Source of the DNA: Haliotis rufescens
Lineage: Eukaryota
DNA: 64,000 nucleotides
NCBI RefSeq assembly: GCF_023055435.1
Contig: NW_025963784.1
Span: 62,001 to 126,000, forward strand
Reading direction: 5' to 3'
A program made the position numbers and the translations under genes. Within the stretch, counting starts at the first letter, position 1; each line of letters opens with the position of its first letter. Of the stretch, positions 40,397 through 53,415 are shown piece by piece. The notes under the pieces were generated by a model. The model saw only the letters and a list, made by a program, of their open reading frames with translations, did not search any database and was not told where the DNA came from.

Positions 40397-40740
40397 TCAA
40401 TGTATTATCCTTCTTTCAAATATCTTATAAACACAAACTGCAAGTCTGAGAAGAATATGGCTATTTTTGCTGTTCATTAACTGTACAAATTTTCTTTGTG
40501 ATGGATACGTGTAATAATAGTCAGGCAGGTATTTGATTCTTATATCCTCAAATACTGGACATATCAATAAAACATGGTATTCATTTTCTTGGTTATATTT
40601 GCAGAAAGGACACATCGATGTTAAAACCTCATTATCTTTGGAGTGTCTGTATACTTGTATATTGAGGGTATGTATACCACACCTGAACTTCGTTAAGCAT
40701 CTGCGTAAAGGGAGAGAGTATCTGCCCAGTAACGTTTAAT
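40397..40740 (-). mobile_element. LINE ORF2 3' fragment, duplicate of 12400-12750
   Basis: CPFCKYNQENEYHVLLICPVFEDIRIKYLP. Confidence 0.75.
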
Positions 40741-41106
40741 TGTGGTGCTCTTGTTACCCCGGCTGGCGCTCAGCATTAAGGGGATAAGACTGGTCCATTT
40801 GTGGTCAGTATACTGTGTCAGAGGTGAGTATTCATGTTAAAACTTCGGCATGGTGTATCAGTGGCTTGTTCTGTAAAAACGACATGAGCAGACACACATA
40901 CATGTACACATACGCGTGCATGCACGTCACTTCATATAAGAGCAGTATTCTTGAACGCAACGTTAAACCTCAAACCTCATTTTGCCTTGCCTCACCTCTA
41001 CAGAGAATGAAACAATTAAGGGAAAAAAATAAATAAAATGCCTGCTTATTTATGCTCGGCAAACGTATACTGAATATTGTTTGTGAAGTCAGGTCTGAAG
41101 ATTTTC

Positions 41107-41390
41107 GGGGTACGAGTGGCCCAGTCGTCTAAGGCGCCGCCGTTTTCTGTGCAGAGTTGCGTCCCTTGGGCACGCCAGAAACCTGTGATTGTGGGTTCGA
41201 ATCCCGGTGCGCCCAGATTATGTTTCTAGGTTTGTCAAAACCATACCCATGCTCGTGGGTTTCACCGAAGTGGTAAACGTCTGAGACTTGCATCACTTCG
41301 GGCTTTCCTGTCACATTAAGCTGACACGCCGTGATATAACTGGAATACTGTTAAAAGCAGCGTTGAACCCAACTCACTCACTCACACACT
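41107..41390 (+). mobile_element. tRNA-derived SINE (Leu-like head) with (CTCA)n tail
   Basis: A and B boxes and tail as at 13115. Confidence 0.75.
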
Positions 41391-42878
41391 CTGGAGATTT
41401 AATTAGAAAGGAAATTAGATTCAGCCCCACTCACACCCGACATTGACGAAACATGGTGATTGTCCCTTGCCGATCTCAAATTATCAAGATTTCATTTCAA
41501 TTACATGTTATCGCAAGCTGTACTACCAACGCCGTTACAAACATTATCCTGTCTTGTATCCAGTCAACAAAGTCAATTGTAGACAATGTCAGGGATAGAT
41601 AGGGTTGAATAATGCATACCACGTTTACGGTAGCTGGTCAAAGGGAGGCAACTCTGTTTTCAGATATTATGTTAGCATTTGAAAAGTACGGAAGTTATCC
41701 TGACGAGACCTGGATACTGTGGGTAAAATGCTAACAGGCGTATTGTCAATAGAGGCATCACCTGTAGCTGTTCGTACTGGGCTTAAATGACTTTGTTTTC
41801 TGAATGTGGCAAATGTACGTAATAATGACGAAAGGTATAATGAAATGAAGTGCACTGATTTTTAAAAGGCTTTAAATGTTCTGTTTTGTGTTGAACTCAT
41901 TTTCCAGAATGGAAATAGTATTTTCCTGTTTTAAATCATACCATGGAGCAAATTTGTTCTTCATCTCATGTGCATGAAATTTTGATCTTTTGATCACCAC
42001 AACCATTGTACCTGTAACCTATTGTTCAGGTTGTGAGAAAGGGAGAGAAAACGTATACGCTTACTTATGCTATTTCTAGTGATATAAACAGAGGGACGGT
42101 TTGAATATTTTAAACGATGTACGATATGAAGGTTGTATAGCACTGTGATTACGAATTACGAATATGTTCTGATTACTGACTTGAATAATCAGTTTTTTAT
42201 TCAATTTAATTTAGAAAGTATGTGAATTTCTGAGTAATTAATCATTGCTATCACTGTGAGGTGGAGGTATTTGAATTCGTCAGAGATGTTTGCATGGATA
42301 AGAGCGCCAAAACCCTTTGCATAATCACAAGAAATCTCTGTTGTAAGCAGACTCCATTTTACGATTTATTCTTTATTAAAAGCATCACTATCAACTGTCA
42401 GTATTTCCGGGAGATATTTCCCATGTAAGCTCGAATACGTAGCATTCTAAATTTAATAAATATACAACGCCAGAGAATAACCAGTCTTGATTATCTACCG
42501 AAACACATTCCATTGGGCGTAAAAGGCAAAATAGCGGGGAAAACTATAGGAATCGATTACTGATAATCACTGATGACACCACGTCTTCCGAAAGTGTACG
42601 CATGTCCTGCCCAACCGGTAGCAGCCGCGAGTGGTACAATCTGACTCCACGTGTTCTTGGGGTAAACTTGCAAATGCAGAAAACACAAAGAAACAGTGGT
42701 TTGATAAATATATTTCTTTCCCAAACATGATGACTGATGATATGCTCCCTGTTTACTGATTGCTGTATAGTAGACCTGAGATTACAATATTTCGGAACAA
42801 GGTAAAAAGGTATGGTCGAATTGATAAAAACACAGTTTGTTTTCATATTTATGTAATATTTCTTCTACCAAGGTGCAA

Positions 42879-44007
42879 TTACACTGGCAAGGAGGACCGC
42901 CACTGCAGGATGTTGAGAATGTCCTCCCATTCGATCGTGCAACTCTCTTTACATGTCCATAGTGCTTTGACCAGGACCAGATAGGTGGCCGAACTGCCAT
43001 TAAACTGCTTCCATTTAGTGAGCATAATCAAGATCTGCATATACATTGAACATGGGTGTGCAACTCTGCCCTGTTGGACAGCCACAATGCTGAGCCCAAG
43101 TTCAATCCCGACATGCTCAAATCCCATCCCGATATGTCTCGCAACAAGTCCGAGATCTCGTGGAGTTAAAGGAGTCTTCAGTCTCTCATTCACACAGCGT
43201 GTTGAACCTACACAGAAATCTGTATTACTTGATGTAACACCAATTCTACCACAAAGGCTCACATAAACAGGTTTCTTTCTGTTTTATGTGATTGACATGT
43301 GGTATCGAATTAACCTTTATTTATCTCCAATGCTCATCGATATTCCAAATAAGCAATACAAATTGACGGAAAAAGAAGTTGCACAAATCGTCCCATATAC
43401 ATATATGTCATCATAATAACGATCAAAATATGTTGAAAGTTATGCTGAACACATATGGCATATATTGCCAAATTTCTGAAATGAAATCATCAAATCATGA
43501 TAAAGAATGTCGAACAAAATTATCAGTTTAATATGGGCAGTTATAATTAACGCACCTCTGCTTATGATCTGTTGGATGTAATACTCGATCAGCTCTTTGC
43601 TTGAAAGGTGCATTCTCTAGAACGAAAAACACACACTATCAATTGTGTGTTATATGATATGAACGAGTATTAGTATTTCCTGAAAGGCTTTGAACTCAAA
43701 TACAGTATTGTTCGTCAGGTGGGATCAAACTTCCACATTATAACACTTGGTAACGTACCACCACTGAATATGGAATGATAAACAGAGACAATGTCTGCAG
43801 GAACAGTAGTGAGTATATAAAGACTTTGAACAGTATTTTCGTTACCTTATATCCACTATTTAGCATACAGAATGCCACTTGTTTAGTGTTAAACGATGTG
43901 TACATATATTACTACCATTAGTGTACGTTAATGAACATGTCTAAAAGGGAGTTATTAAGACGTACCTGATACTGAAGTCTGGAGAAGCACGAGGCAATAT
44001 TCCCCAT
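42879..44007 (-). CDS. Acylated death-domain-only protein, type A, 143 aa (exons 44007-43966, 43616-43556, 43207-42879)
   Basis: MGNIASCFSRLQYQ / RMHLSSKELIEYYIQQIISR / GSTRCVNERL..LVARHIGMGFEHVGIELGLS..Q..MLTKWK..G..AT..LVKAL; canonical splice sites, open frame. Confidence 0.85.
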
Positions 44008-44104
44008 GCTGCCTATATATACTCGTATGACACTGATGTACACTACTCTGTCTGTTGAACTGATCTGACTGTATCAAGAGCTCTAAGTTACATGTGAGCA
44101 CTGC

Positions 44105-44114
44105 GGGAAGCCCC
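44105..44114. promoter_or_regulatory. NF-kB-type site (GGGGCTTCCC on the - strand)
   Basis: Matches GGGRNNYYCC; 98 bp upstream of the ATG at 44007. Confidence 0.6.
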
Positions 44115-45157
44115 TACACAAGAGGGGACACTACTTCTCACTCTCTCTCGCGATTGCTTCAACCAAAGATTTAGGAATTTCGGATTTTCGGATTTTTGGA
44201 TATCCAAACTGATATAAAGGCGGAGTGGTGTGTAGTGGAGTAAGAGATTATAATAAACCTACATGGGGGTCATACCTCTTGCACTTTAAGTTTGTTGTTA
44301 CATACTATGACCAACCATAATGAGGAAATAATATTACAGCAGTGTCGATAACTGACGCGTGGTCACAAAAGCAACATGCGTATGCCGCTTACACAGGGTT
44401 ACGATGGTTTCTGAAGTAGGAGTGTTGTCGCCAATACAATCTATTACTGTAGTGTATAGATGAGAGAGCAGTCACAACTTCACCGAGATGCCTCTCTCCA
44501 CTACGTCCAGCTGTTCAGTCAAAAACCAAGCCATCCCGTTCAAGGTGCCATGACTTATATGTTAGTCTTGCATGGTAGACCATAGACATGGGAATATTGT
44601 CACAAAAATGGTCTATTAAAAAGGATAATAGGTCTCAATCAAAATAAGTATCTAGAAATCATGACAATACGTGTGATAATGCAAGACAAAACTAAATAAA
44701 TGTTGAATGCAAAAGCTGTGGTACATTGTTGATGCTGGGGGACCTGGTCAACGTGTAGGATATATGTCGGCGTTGTTTTGGCCTTGATATGGAATACCAT
44801 CTAATATATATATAAATTAGGCTTTGTTTGTAAACTGCAATCAGCAGCCTTAAACTAAAAGAACAAGACCATAGAATGGAACAGAACTTGATGTTGAACG
44901 TGTCGGCAATACGAAAATGTCCATGATTGGACTATAATAATGCTTGGATATCTTCTCCAGCTGTAGTCAAGTCGTCTTTATGGACAGACAGACAGACAAA
45001 CTATTCAAAACGAACACTACAAGGTCTACGCATCATGAATAAAGTTGACAATAATTTCACATACATTCTAATCGTTGACTTTCTTTGTGACGATCAACAA
45101 CATCAGATCAGATTGTGGATGACAGAAGAACCTAATTAGTTATCACTTGCCCATTGA

Positions 45158-45329
45158 GGGGCGGTAGGGTAGTCTAGTGGTTACAGTGTTCGCTCATCAC
45201 GCCTAAGATCCGGGTTCGAATCCACACATGGGTACAATGTGTGAAGCCCATTTCTGGTGTCTCCGGCCGTGATATTGCTGAAATATTGCTTAAAGCGGCG
45301 TAAAACATTACACCCTCACTCACTCACTC
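45158..45329 (+). mobile_element. tRNA-derived SINE with (CTCA)n tail
   Basis: Same family as 23228-23393. Confidence 0.85.
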
Positions 45330-45787
45330 TTCCCCGTGAACACATGAGGCAGAGGACGGACGGACGGACAATAAGCAGTTGCTCAACTTTAATGTCTGTC
45401 TGGGATGATAATTGTAATATTGTGGTCTCCAGCTGGAGCTGCACTACAGCGTTTCTATTGCTGTTGATATGTAGAATATCCGTGAAACAACTGAATCTGT
45501 ATGTTAAGCTAGGGCTGAACTACAGAAGACACAACATCTTCAGTTAATCAGGCATGCTTACAGAATCTTCTATAATTAGTGTAAAACGTAGCATTCATGA
45601 GATGTAATCTTCGATTCGCTGATGTTATTATTCAGTCGATCAGGAAAGATAAATTTCGTTGCACAGACCAAAACTAAGCACCCACCCATCGTCAACTACA
45701 TAGAATTATAATTCTACTTCATTTGTTACATGTAGGTTATAGTAATTTTCGCATATCATATCACACACGAACTGAAGAAACGACATA

Positions 45788-46457
45788 TATATTTATGAAA
45801 TCCGGAAATCCTGTTTCTATATATGACATTTGTTCCTTTCTCAATACCAGCTTGTCATCAGTTGGTGTGTGGCATTGTAAAGGAATGACATTTGGAAACA
45901 CACGTATACTTGACCTCATGGAAAGAAATCATTGTACCGCTCTTTGCCGGTCACTGGTGGTTAATATGAAAGGATGGGTTATCTTTCGTGCCAATTCTCG
46001 GGAAAGAAGAAAAGACTCAAACACATTCCTTGGTGTGTTGAACTCAAAAGTTGTAGACTTTTAAACTTTTATATTTATGAAATGACATTTGTTCCTTTCT
46101 CAATACCAGCTTATCATCAGTTGGTGTGTGGCATTGTAAAGGAATGACATTTGGAAACACACGTACTTGACCTCATGAAATACAATTCTTGAATTACGTC
46201 ATCTTTAAATAGAACCCTTTCTGTAATTGGAATAGATCTGGACTTAACGCATATCATAAGCATGTGTTCAATTTGTTCAACTTCAATGAAAGCAAAAGAA
46301 AACGCTGGACACAAATGAAATCATTGTACCGCTCTGTGCCGGTCACTGGTGGTTAATATGGAAGGATGGGTTATCTTTCGTGCCAATTCTCGGGAAAGAG
46401 CAAAAGACTCAAACACATTGCTTGGTGTGTGGAACTCAAAAGTTGTAGACTTTTAAA
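45788..46457 (+). repeat. Local tandem duplication (45788-46066 and 46070-46457; second copy about 140 bp longer internally)
   Basis: Shared TGACATTTGTTCCTTTCTCAATACCAGC..GTTGTAGACTTTTAAAC. Confidence 0.8.
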
Positions 46458-46845
46458 CATTTTTGATAGTTGTTATAAATAAATACCAATAATCACATCT
46501 TTACCAGTCTTTCATATGTACAAACACCAACAATATTCAGAAAGTCGTGCATTCATATATACATGTGCACACATTCGAACACATTCATGCACTGGAAACA
46601 TATGATGCAACCCCTGACTTCCCTCTCTGATCCCAGCACATCCTTACCTTATGGCTGTATTATCAGCATGCTACACGTAGGTCACCAAACATTGTATTTC
46701 AGACACTACCGTAGCGTCATGTCTTTACATATGATAGTATGTCCCACCACACTTAACATGCATGACACGAAGTATGACCCTTATATGTGTCACACAGTGA
46801 TGGCCGTCTCTTTCACATGCACTGCAGTTAATATAGAAGGCCTAC

Positions 46846-46887
46846 CTGATATCGAAATCCTAACAAGCATGACCTAATATTCCCCAT
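46846..46887 (-). CDS. Orphan DD-family first exon MGNIRSCLLGFRYQ
   Basis: 42 nt, ATG, CAG|GTAGG donor, upstream TATA and kB site; no DD exon of its own found. Confidence 0.55.
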
Positions 46888-46958
46888 GATCATCATCCCA
46901 GCTACGAATCCGCAGCGTGTGGTGTTGTGACACAGTTAACACAACGTAGCCAGCCCAG

Positions 46959-46992
46959 TTTATACATGCATGACTGATGGGAGGGGACTCCC
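46959..46992 (-). promoter_or_regulatory. TATA-like box plus kB site GGGGACTCCC (46983-46992)
   Basis: Same layout as the other DD promoters. Confidence 0.6.
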
Positions 46993-47990
46993 TTGTACAA
47001 TTTACCGGCACATTGTAAATCTCAGACGTGTGTAACCAACAAATTACTGTCATTTCTCTAAATAACGGACTTCGGATTTCCGGGTTTTCGGCTATGAATC
47101 ACCATGTCATTCAGTTACATAGATTGTCAGATGTGCTCCTGTCGTTTCCAGAGTGAATGAGCGTTTCAATTTCATTCGAAAATAGGACCCAATGTTTGTT
47201 AAGCAATTGGCACACTCTCACTGCAGATACTAATCTATCGGACTAGGACTATTGTTTGTCTGAAATGGGGGTTGCGCACTACGCAATAAAACGAAACGAA
47301 ACACTTCGGGCATATCGCAGGGAGTTCATGCAAGATGTGAACAAGACAATCCGGCAATCCGACATAGTATATGACGTTTCGTTCATTTGTCAAAATCAGT
47401 TCATAACACTGTGGTTGAGACAAGCAGTTAGGTCTAGGTAGGATACGGACCTCATGTTATACTACTCATCAGGCATTTAGTACAGGCTGGGCCCTGAGGT
47501 ATATATGAAAACTAAGTGGTATTAAATGTAATGGAGATGAAGGAAACTCCCTTACAAACAACATGAAGGTTTATCTGAAAGCGTACGACGCCGTTGGGTT
47601 CGGATGACACCCACACAGCTGAATGACCAACTCTGACCACCTGATTCGCTCCAGTCAGCTCTTGCAGCAACCATAGGATACTGGTGTCTTATTGATCACC
47701 GGAATATACACAGGGCAGATGCAATGTAGTATAATCACATGATCATCATCAGTAGCATAAGTTTGGACTCTTGGAACTACTACCGGACTGTCAGTAACAC
47801 CACGTAGACTAACATAGACTCAAACATCCATATGTGCAATGTATAAATGAACAAAAAAAACTGTAGTTAAAAGCAACATTTATTCGTCAAACATAAGGAA
47901 ATATCAAACATGTACGTTATTCTTAACATATACTAGAGCAGTGAGTCGACAGTGTTGTTGTTAGGTCAGGGGTGCACTACAAATGACACA

Positions 47991-48744
47991 CTAAGTCGAT
48001 GGTGATTGGAGAATGTTTAGTATGGCATCAATTTCGAGCGTACATCTACCTCTGCATCTCCACAACGCTCTGACGAGCACAAGGCCAGTGGCAGATCTGC
48101 CATTCCTCTCCTTCCACTTGGTGAGCATGTGTAGGGTCTGCATATAAAGTGAATTATGGTGTGAAACTTTGCCTTGTTCGATCACCACAAGATTGAGTCC
48201 AAGTTCGATTCCAATAGATTCAAACCCGATCCCAATATGATTTGCCACCAGGCTGACACCTTTCTGAGAAACAGGGATTCTCAGTCTTTCCTCATTTACA
48301 GGGCCTACAAAACAAATGTGAATGAAAATTATAGATGAGTCTTGAGTTTTGAGTAATTTTGTTTTTGACTTTTCAAAATTATATTTTAACAAACACTTTA
48401 CAAATCAGAACAGATACGGAAAGTATGTTGCGAGACATAGTACATCTTAATATATGCAGAGGAGAATACATATTCTCTCCACGTCTACAGTATAGCATAT
48501 GTGTACTTAAGATATTATTCGAAGTTCATATTGTATATTTAACATAATCAAATTGATCAAGATGAAAAGGACATATTGAATGACATTAAATAAACGAACC
48601 TGTCAATGTGACCAATGGATTATATGAACGGATCATCTGGTTGTGTGGCTGGTGAAGTCTCTGGAAGGGAGATGTTTATACCATCACATGTCATGTATAA
48701 AATTAAATGTTGCAAGCTTATGTCATATATACTTTTCGTGCTGT

Positions 48745-48779
<35 letters not shown>

Positions 48780-48997
48780 ACACACGCATACACGCACACA
48801 CACACGCACACGCACACGCACACACGCACGTGCGCACGCACGTACACACACACACAGAAATAAAGACAGACTGTATAAGACCATGCAACCACAAACGCGC
48901 ACATTGACATGCAAACAATGAGCTCGTTAGTTTCTAATAATTAAAGTTCACCTACCCGATACCTAAATCCAGACCAGCATGACACATAATTCCCCAT
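47991..48997 (-). CDS. Acylated death-domain-only protein, type C, 138 aa (exons 48997-48956, 48660-48600, 48304-47991)
   Basis: MGNYVSCWSGFRYR / RLHQPHNQMIRSYNPLVTLT / GPVNEERLRIPVSQKGVSLVANHIGIGFESIGIELGL..MLTKWKERNGRSAT; phases 0/1 fit. Confidence 0.85.
48748..48856. repeat. (CA)n/(CACG)n microsatellite in intron 1 of the type C gene
   Basis: Visible directly. Confidence 0.95.
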
Positions 48998-49061
48998 TGT
49001 CGGCTCTGTACATACGTTTTACCCTCGGCTTTACTGATCTGCTGTCCGTTCAATCGCTTGC

Positions 49062-49094
49062 TATTTATATGTAGGCTTTGTGAAGGGGATTTCA
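49062..49094 (-). promoter_or_regulatory. TATA box (TATAAATA on -) plus kB-like GGGGATTTCA (49085-49094)
   Basis: 65-97 bp upstream of the ATG at 48997. Confidence 0.55.
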
Positions 49095-49284
49095 CTAAAT
49101 TTGTCGACAATAATTTCTGTTGCAGAAAACCAAAACCGCCGAGTTTTTATTGACGGGCGTTTATTGAAGCAAAACGCATGCTATACATCATAAATCCGAA
49201 AATCCGACTTGTTGTACATTTACTTCACAATGTCAACTAGTTGGCGGAAACGTCTTTAGGCTGTGTGTGTGTGTGTGTTCTTTG

Positions 49285-49462
49285 NNNNNNNNNNNNNNNN
49301 NNNNNNNNNNNNNNNNNNNNNNNNNNNNNNNNNNNNNNNNNNNNNNNNNNNNNNNNNNNNNNNNNNNNNNNNNNNNNNNNNNNNNNNNNNNNNNNNNNNN
49401 NNNNNNNNNNNNNNNNNNNNNNNNNNNNNNNNNNNNNNNNNNNNNNNNNNNNNNNNNNNNNN
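49285..49462. other. Assembly gap
   Basis: Run of N. Confidence 1.
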
Positions 49463-52151
49463 AACAACTTCAAACATTTCATGAAGATTTTCCTGCAGAA
49501 TGTTTCCTTCGCAAAAATGAAATTTGAAAAGGAACACATTGTATTATATCCAGGAAATACTTAATGTGACAAAATTACGAGTTGAATGGGCTTGAAAACA
49601 TGTAGAGCTACATAAGAGGGAACAATAGTGGTGGTGTGGATTTGCATACTGTGGAAATGATACAATCATGTTGTTCACCAAGTAAGCTGTCTCGTCATGT
49701 AAGTGAGCACCAACACACTTGAAGGTTGTCCTTTTCAATAGTACATAATATAAGATGAACATATATAGGTGAGTAAGTCAGTTCGCATTGAGAGCTCAAT
49801 GGGATATAACAACATAGCGAAGAGCTTCACGTGAACTGATTGTGAAGGCCGAACCTTCTGCTGTTTGATTGACCTCGATGTGAACAGACAGCAGTTGAAT
49901 CATCTCACATCAACTCCCTACACATCAAGTTGTGATTAAAGTGACATGCGTGATGATAAAGGAATATCTGCTATACTCTCATCCTGTTGAATTGAATGTA
50001 ATGGTTACAAAGAGGAATATAGAAAAATGGCTATAGTGTACAACAATGTCACATAATACCAAATAGACTCAACATATTATGTTTTAGATATGGTACTAAC
50101 GTTACAGTTGGTGAAGTGTGCTTTGGTTATTGCAGAGCATGTGTCGGATCTTAAATAACTGACAATTGAATAACTATTTTGAAATGCATTGATATTTTTG
50201 AATGGAATTGTGACATGTTAATAAATTAAGTTGGAACGGAGAATCTCTGACTGACTATGTCGGATTTTCGGACTAGCTAAGTCACGAGACAATTAAACGT
50301 TGTTGTCGTCTCTTGAATGACTTGGCGATCGATTACGCCTGTCCAATACTCTGAAGCGGAGATTTTTTTATCGAAAAGTACAGCATAAGTAGTATTTCAT
50401 TTCAATGGTTTTCATAGTTATATTGCAGGTATTTTACATGAAGTAAAATTTTAAACTCCCGCTTTTGACAATGTTTTTGAACCCAAGGGGTAAAAAAACC
50501 CTTAACATCCACGTTAGTGTTCCTGGATATAATGCTAGTAATATGTGACGTGACGAAAATTTCACGTGGACCAATATGCCTGCAGCTTCAACTTATGGCA
50601 TCTATATTTTCATGTTGTTTATGTACTTAAACGCATGTGCATATCATTCAAATTTCCTGGAAAGACACATTTTTCTTACAACTTAGCTTAAATTCAATCA
50701 AGGTTCGGCATCACAGGCCTAATCAAGTCATCCCAGAAATAGGAAATTAGGTATTTTTTTTACTAAATATGACATGCTACCTGTCAAAGTGATTTGCAAT
50801 TATATCCCATACTATGACCTTTACAGGGAGATTTCACACCTCCTTATTCACTAACTTAAATGGATCGGGTGGTCATGCTTGGTGACTTGGTTGACAGAGT
50901 GGAGTAGTAACCCGACCACGTGAGTCATTGCTCATGATAGTGATCCCTGGATTCTTTGGTCGAGACTCGATACTTTACAGGCCACCGTGATATGTCAGGA
51001 GTATTGCTGGTAGCGGCATTTGGCAACAACAAATAGCTTTTATTAAATTTGTGAGAGTGGCGGGTGCTTGTGGTAGAGCATTACATGCTAATCATTCTGT
51101 GGATTACCTGGTGTCATCGCTGATTTTCACTGATTCATTCATTTACTTCTCATCACTATTTTGATCTTTTCCATGCATAAAGAAAGTGACAGTATTTCAG
51201 GCTTCTTTATAATTGAGACCGTTACTTGTAATTGTGTCATTCGAATTCTTTATCAAGCTAGTTGTAGAATCTAAAAGGGTATATTATTGAATTGTCTGTG
51301 ACGGGTGCCACCAGTGGGACAGGATACCTTTTCGCGAACTTCTGGTATCATCTCTATTTGATTTCATACCTGAGAACCACTACAGCCCATGACCAGTATT
51401 TGCAAACTTCAAACCAGGAAATATTCTTACAAATAGAATACAGCTACTATAGAAAGTAAAACACAAATTGTCGTCCACAATCAATCAGCAGGATTCTACG
51501 ACCGGCAAACCCTTGTGAAATTGTTCCAAAGAAGAGACAACAGAGAAACCGCTCATTTGGAACAACATAACACAAATATTTTGACTGTTCAATCGTGACG
51601 GGACACTGTAAAATCAAATCATATTGTGAGACGCAATTATGTCTCCGGAATTTCGGATTACGGATGACGTTTAGGGCGCATGTAATCATCCCTCGCTAGT
51701 TCTTCCTCAAATATCACAAGAGACAGAAAGACAAGTTTTTACAAAAGGCATCACAACAATTTATTAAAAGCATTTATTCTCAACACATACAAATTAAATC
51801 ACAATGTATTACAAACGGAAAATAAAATAATGTTCAAATGAAGAGTGTTCAGTGTGCAACTTGAGGAAGCAGAAAATCAATCAGATCAGTCAGGATCCCA
51901 ATTTATGTACAAAATCCTCAGTGAACCTAGCATCTCGACTCGATATTTCAAAGCGGGAACCCAATGAATCAATGATGACTGTACATGAGAAGAGTGTTCA
52001 GTGCAGCGCTCGTATATGAGAAAACATAAATGTAGGCATGATTTCTCTGTATGTGGTCGGGGAAACTCAGTGAAGCATTACTTATATACCCACTCGTGTA
52101 TTCACAGCGTAAAGCAAGACAGTGTCAGGTGAAAACAGCTCTCCGACTTGA

Positions 52152-53297
52152 TTACACAGACACAGTGGACGGTCCCTGAAGGATGTTGAGAATGTCCTCC
52201 CACTCAATGGTACACCTGTCATTGCATCTCCACAGTGCTCTGACAAGGACAAGGATGGTTGCAGTTCTCCCGTTCTTCTCCTTCCACTTTGTAAGCATGT
52301 GCACAACTTGCATGTATAGTGAATAAGGGTGTGCAAACGTGACTTGTTCGATAACCACGAGAGTAAGTCCAAGTTCGATGCCAACAGACTCGAACCCGAT
52401 CCCGATGTGACTTGCAACAAGACTGAGATCTCTTCCAGATACTGGAGTATCCAACATCTCGTCATTTACAGCATATGCTTGGTTCCAGTGTGTTGGCCCT
52501 ACAACATTAAACTCACAATAAACTACCAATAGACTTGTGTACATTTTGTTTGATAGATGATGTAACAACATTCGGTTCGCTTTCATTAATCCAAATTATT
52601 TCACTAAACAAAGAAAAATACGATACATACATACAGTAATTTAAAAAGAAATTAATGGGGTACACATAGAACTAAACTTCCTAAAATAGAATTATAAGAC
52701 AAACAGATTGTTTAAATAAAGAACTAAAGGATGACTATGCTTGTCATAAGAGGCGACCAGCGGGATCGGGTGGTCAGGCTCGCTGACATGGTTGATGCAT
52801 GTTATTGTATCCCAATTGCGTAAATCGATACTCATGATGTCAATCAGTGGATTGTCTGGTCCAGATTCGATTATTTACAGACCACCGTCATATAGCTGGA
52901 ATATTGCTGCGTGCGACGTTAAACAAAAAACAAGCAAACCAAATAACAAACAATGTAATTTAACGTACATGTAACTCTCTCTGTCAGATTGGGTTCATTT
53001 TGGCAGTTTATCGAGTTCTCTGTGTTGGACAGCCTCTGGAATCGAATAAACACAGTTTAAAACACGATTGATAGCTACGCCATCACAGCAATAAAACAAT
53101 AAAGATAATCTTACATAAACTAAACAAGACAATGCAATGCCAAATTCACGTGAACATGTACACACGCATTACACATATTGACACGCTAAAGTTCGAATAG
53201 GGAAAGCATGTGAAATATGCCTATATACATATGTATACATAACATCTTGACCCACCTGATATCGGGATATTGGCCAGCATGAAACAATATTACCCAT
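52152..53297 (-). CDS. Acylated death-domain-only protein, type B, 151 aa (exons 53297-53256, 53035-52969, 52498-52152)
   Basis: MGNIVSCWPISRYQ / RLSNTENSINCQNEPNLTERVT / WPTHWNQAYAVNDEMLDTPVSGRDLSLVASHIG..; open frame, GT-AG sites. Confidence 0.82.
52730..52950 (+). mobile_element. 5'-truncated SINE in DD intron 2 (duplicate 63618-63840; related fragments about 50863-51030 and 61533-61700)
   Basis: GACTATGCTTGTC(A/G)TAAGAGGCGAC..CCGTCATATAGCTGGAATATTGCTG plus (AAAC)n tail. Confidence 0.7.
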
Positions 53298-53383
53298 GCT
53301 GTCTGTAATTATGCCTCTACTTCACACATGTGTATCCCACAGCCAGCTGACACAATCTGATAGTTTCGACTGTACTGACGGGC

Positions 53384-53415
53384 TTTATATATCGGACTAG
53401 CATAAGGGGATTCCC
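53384..53415 (-). promoter_or_regulatory. TATA box (TATATAAA on -) plus kB site GGGGATTCCC (53406-53415)
   Basis: Perfect kB consensus 109 bp upstream of the ATG at 53297. Confidence 0.7.

Larger units (their letters stand above)
23115..44778 (+). repeat. Segmental duplication, copy 2
   Basis: Colinear with 1815-17015; longer because of the larger ANK array and retained protease exons. Confidence 0.85.

Noticed and set aside
48615-48921. Overlapping HT/CV-repeat ORFs, and similar LS-repeat ORFs at 58915 and 60627
   Set aside because: Microsatellite translations.
49237-49564. ORFs spanning N runs, also 57459-57987
   Set aside because: Open only because of the assembly gaps.
51447-51689. 80-aa ORF repeated at 62343-62585; also 58198 and 59499
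   Set aside because: Similarity is explained by recent duplication; no recognisable domain.
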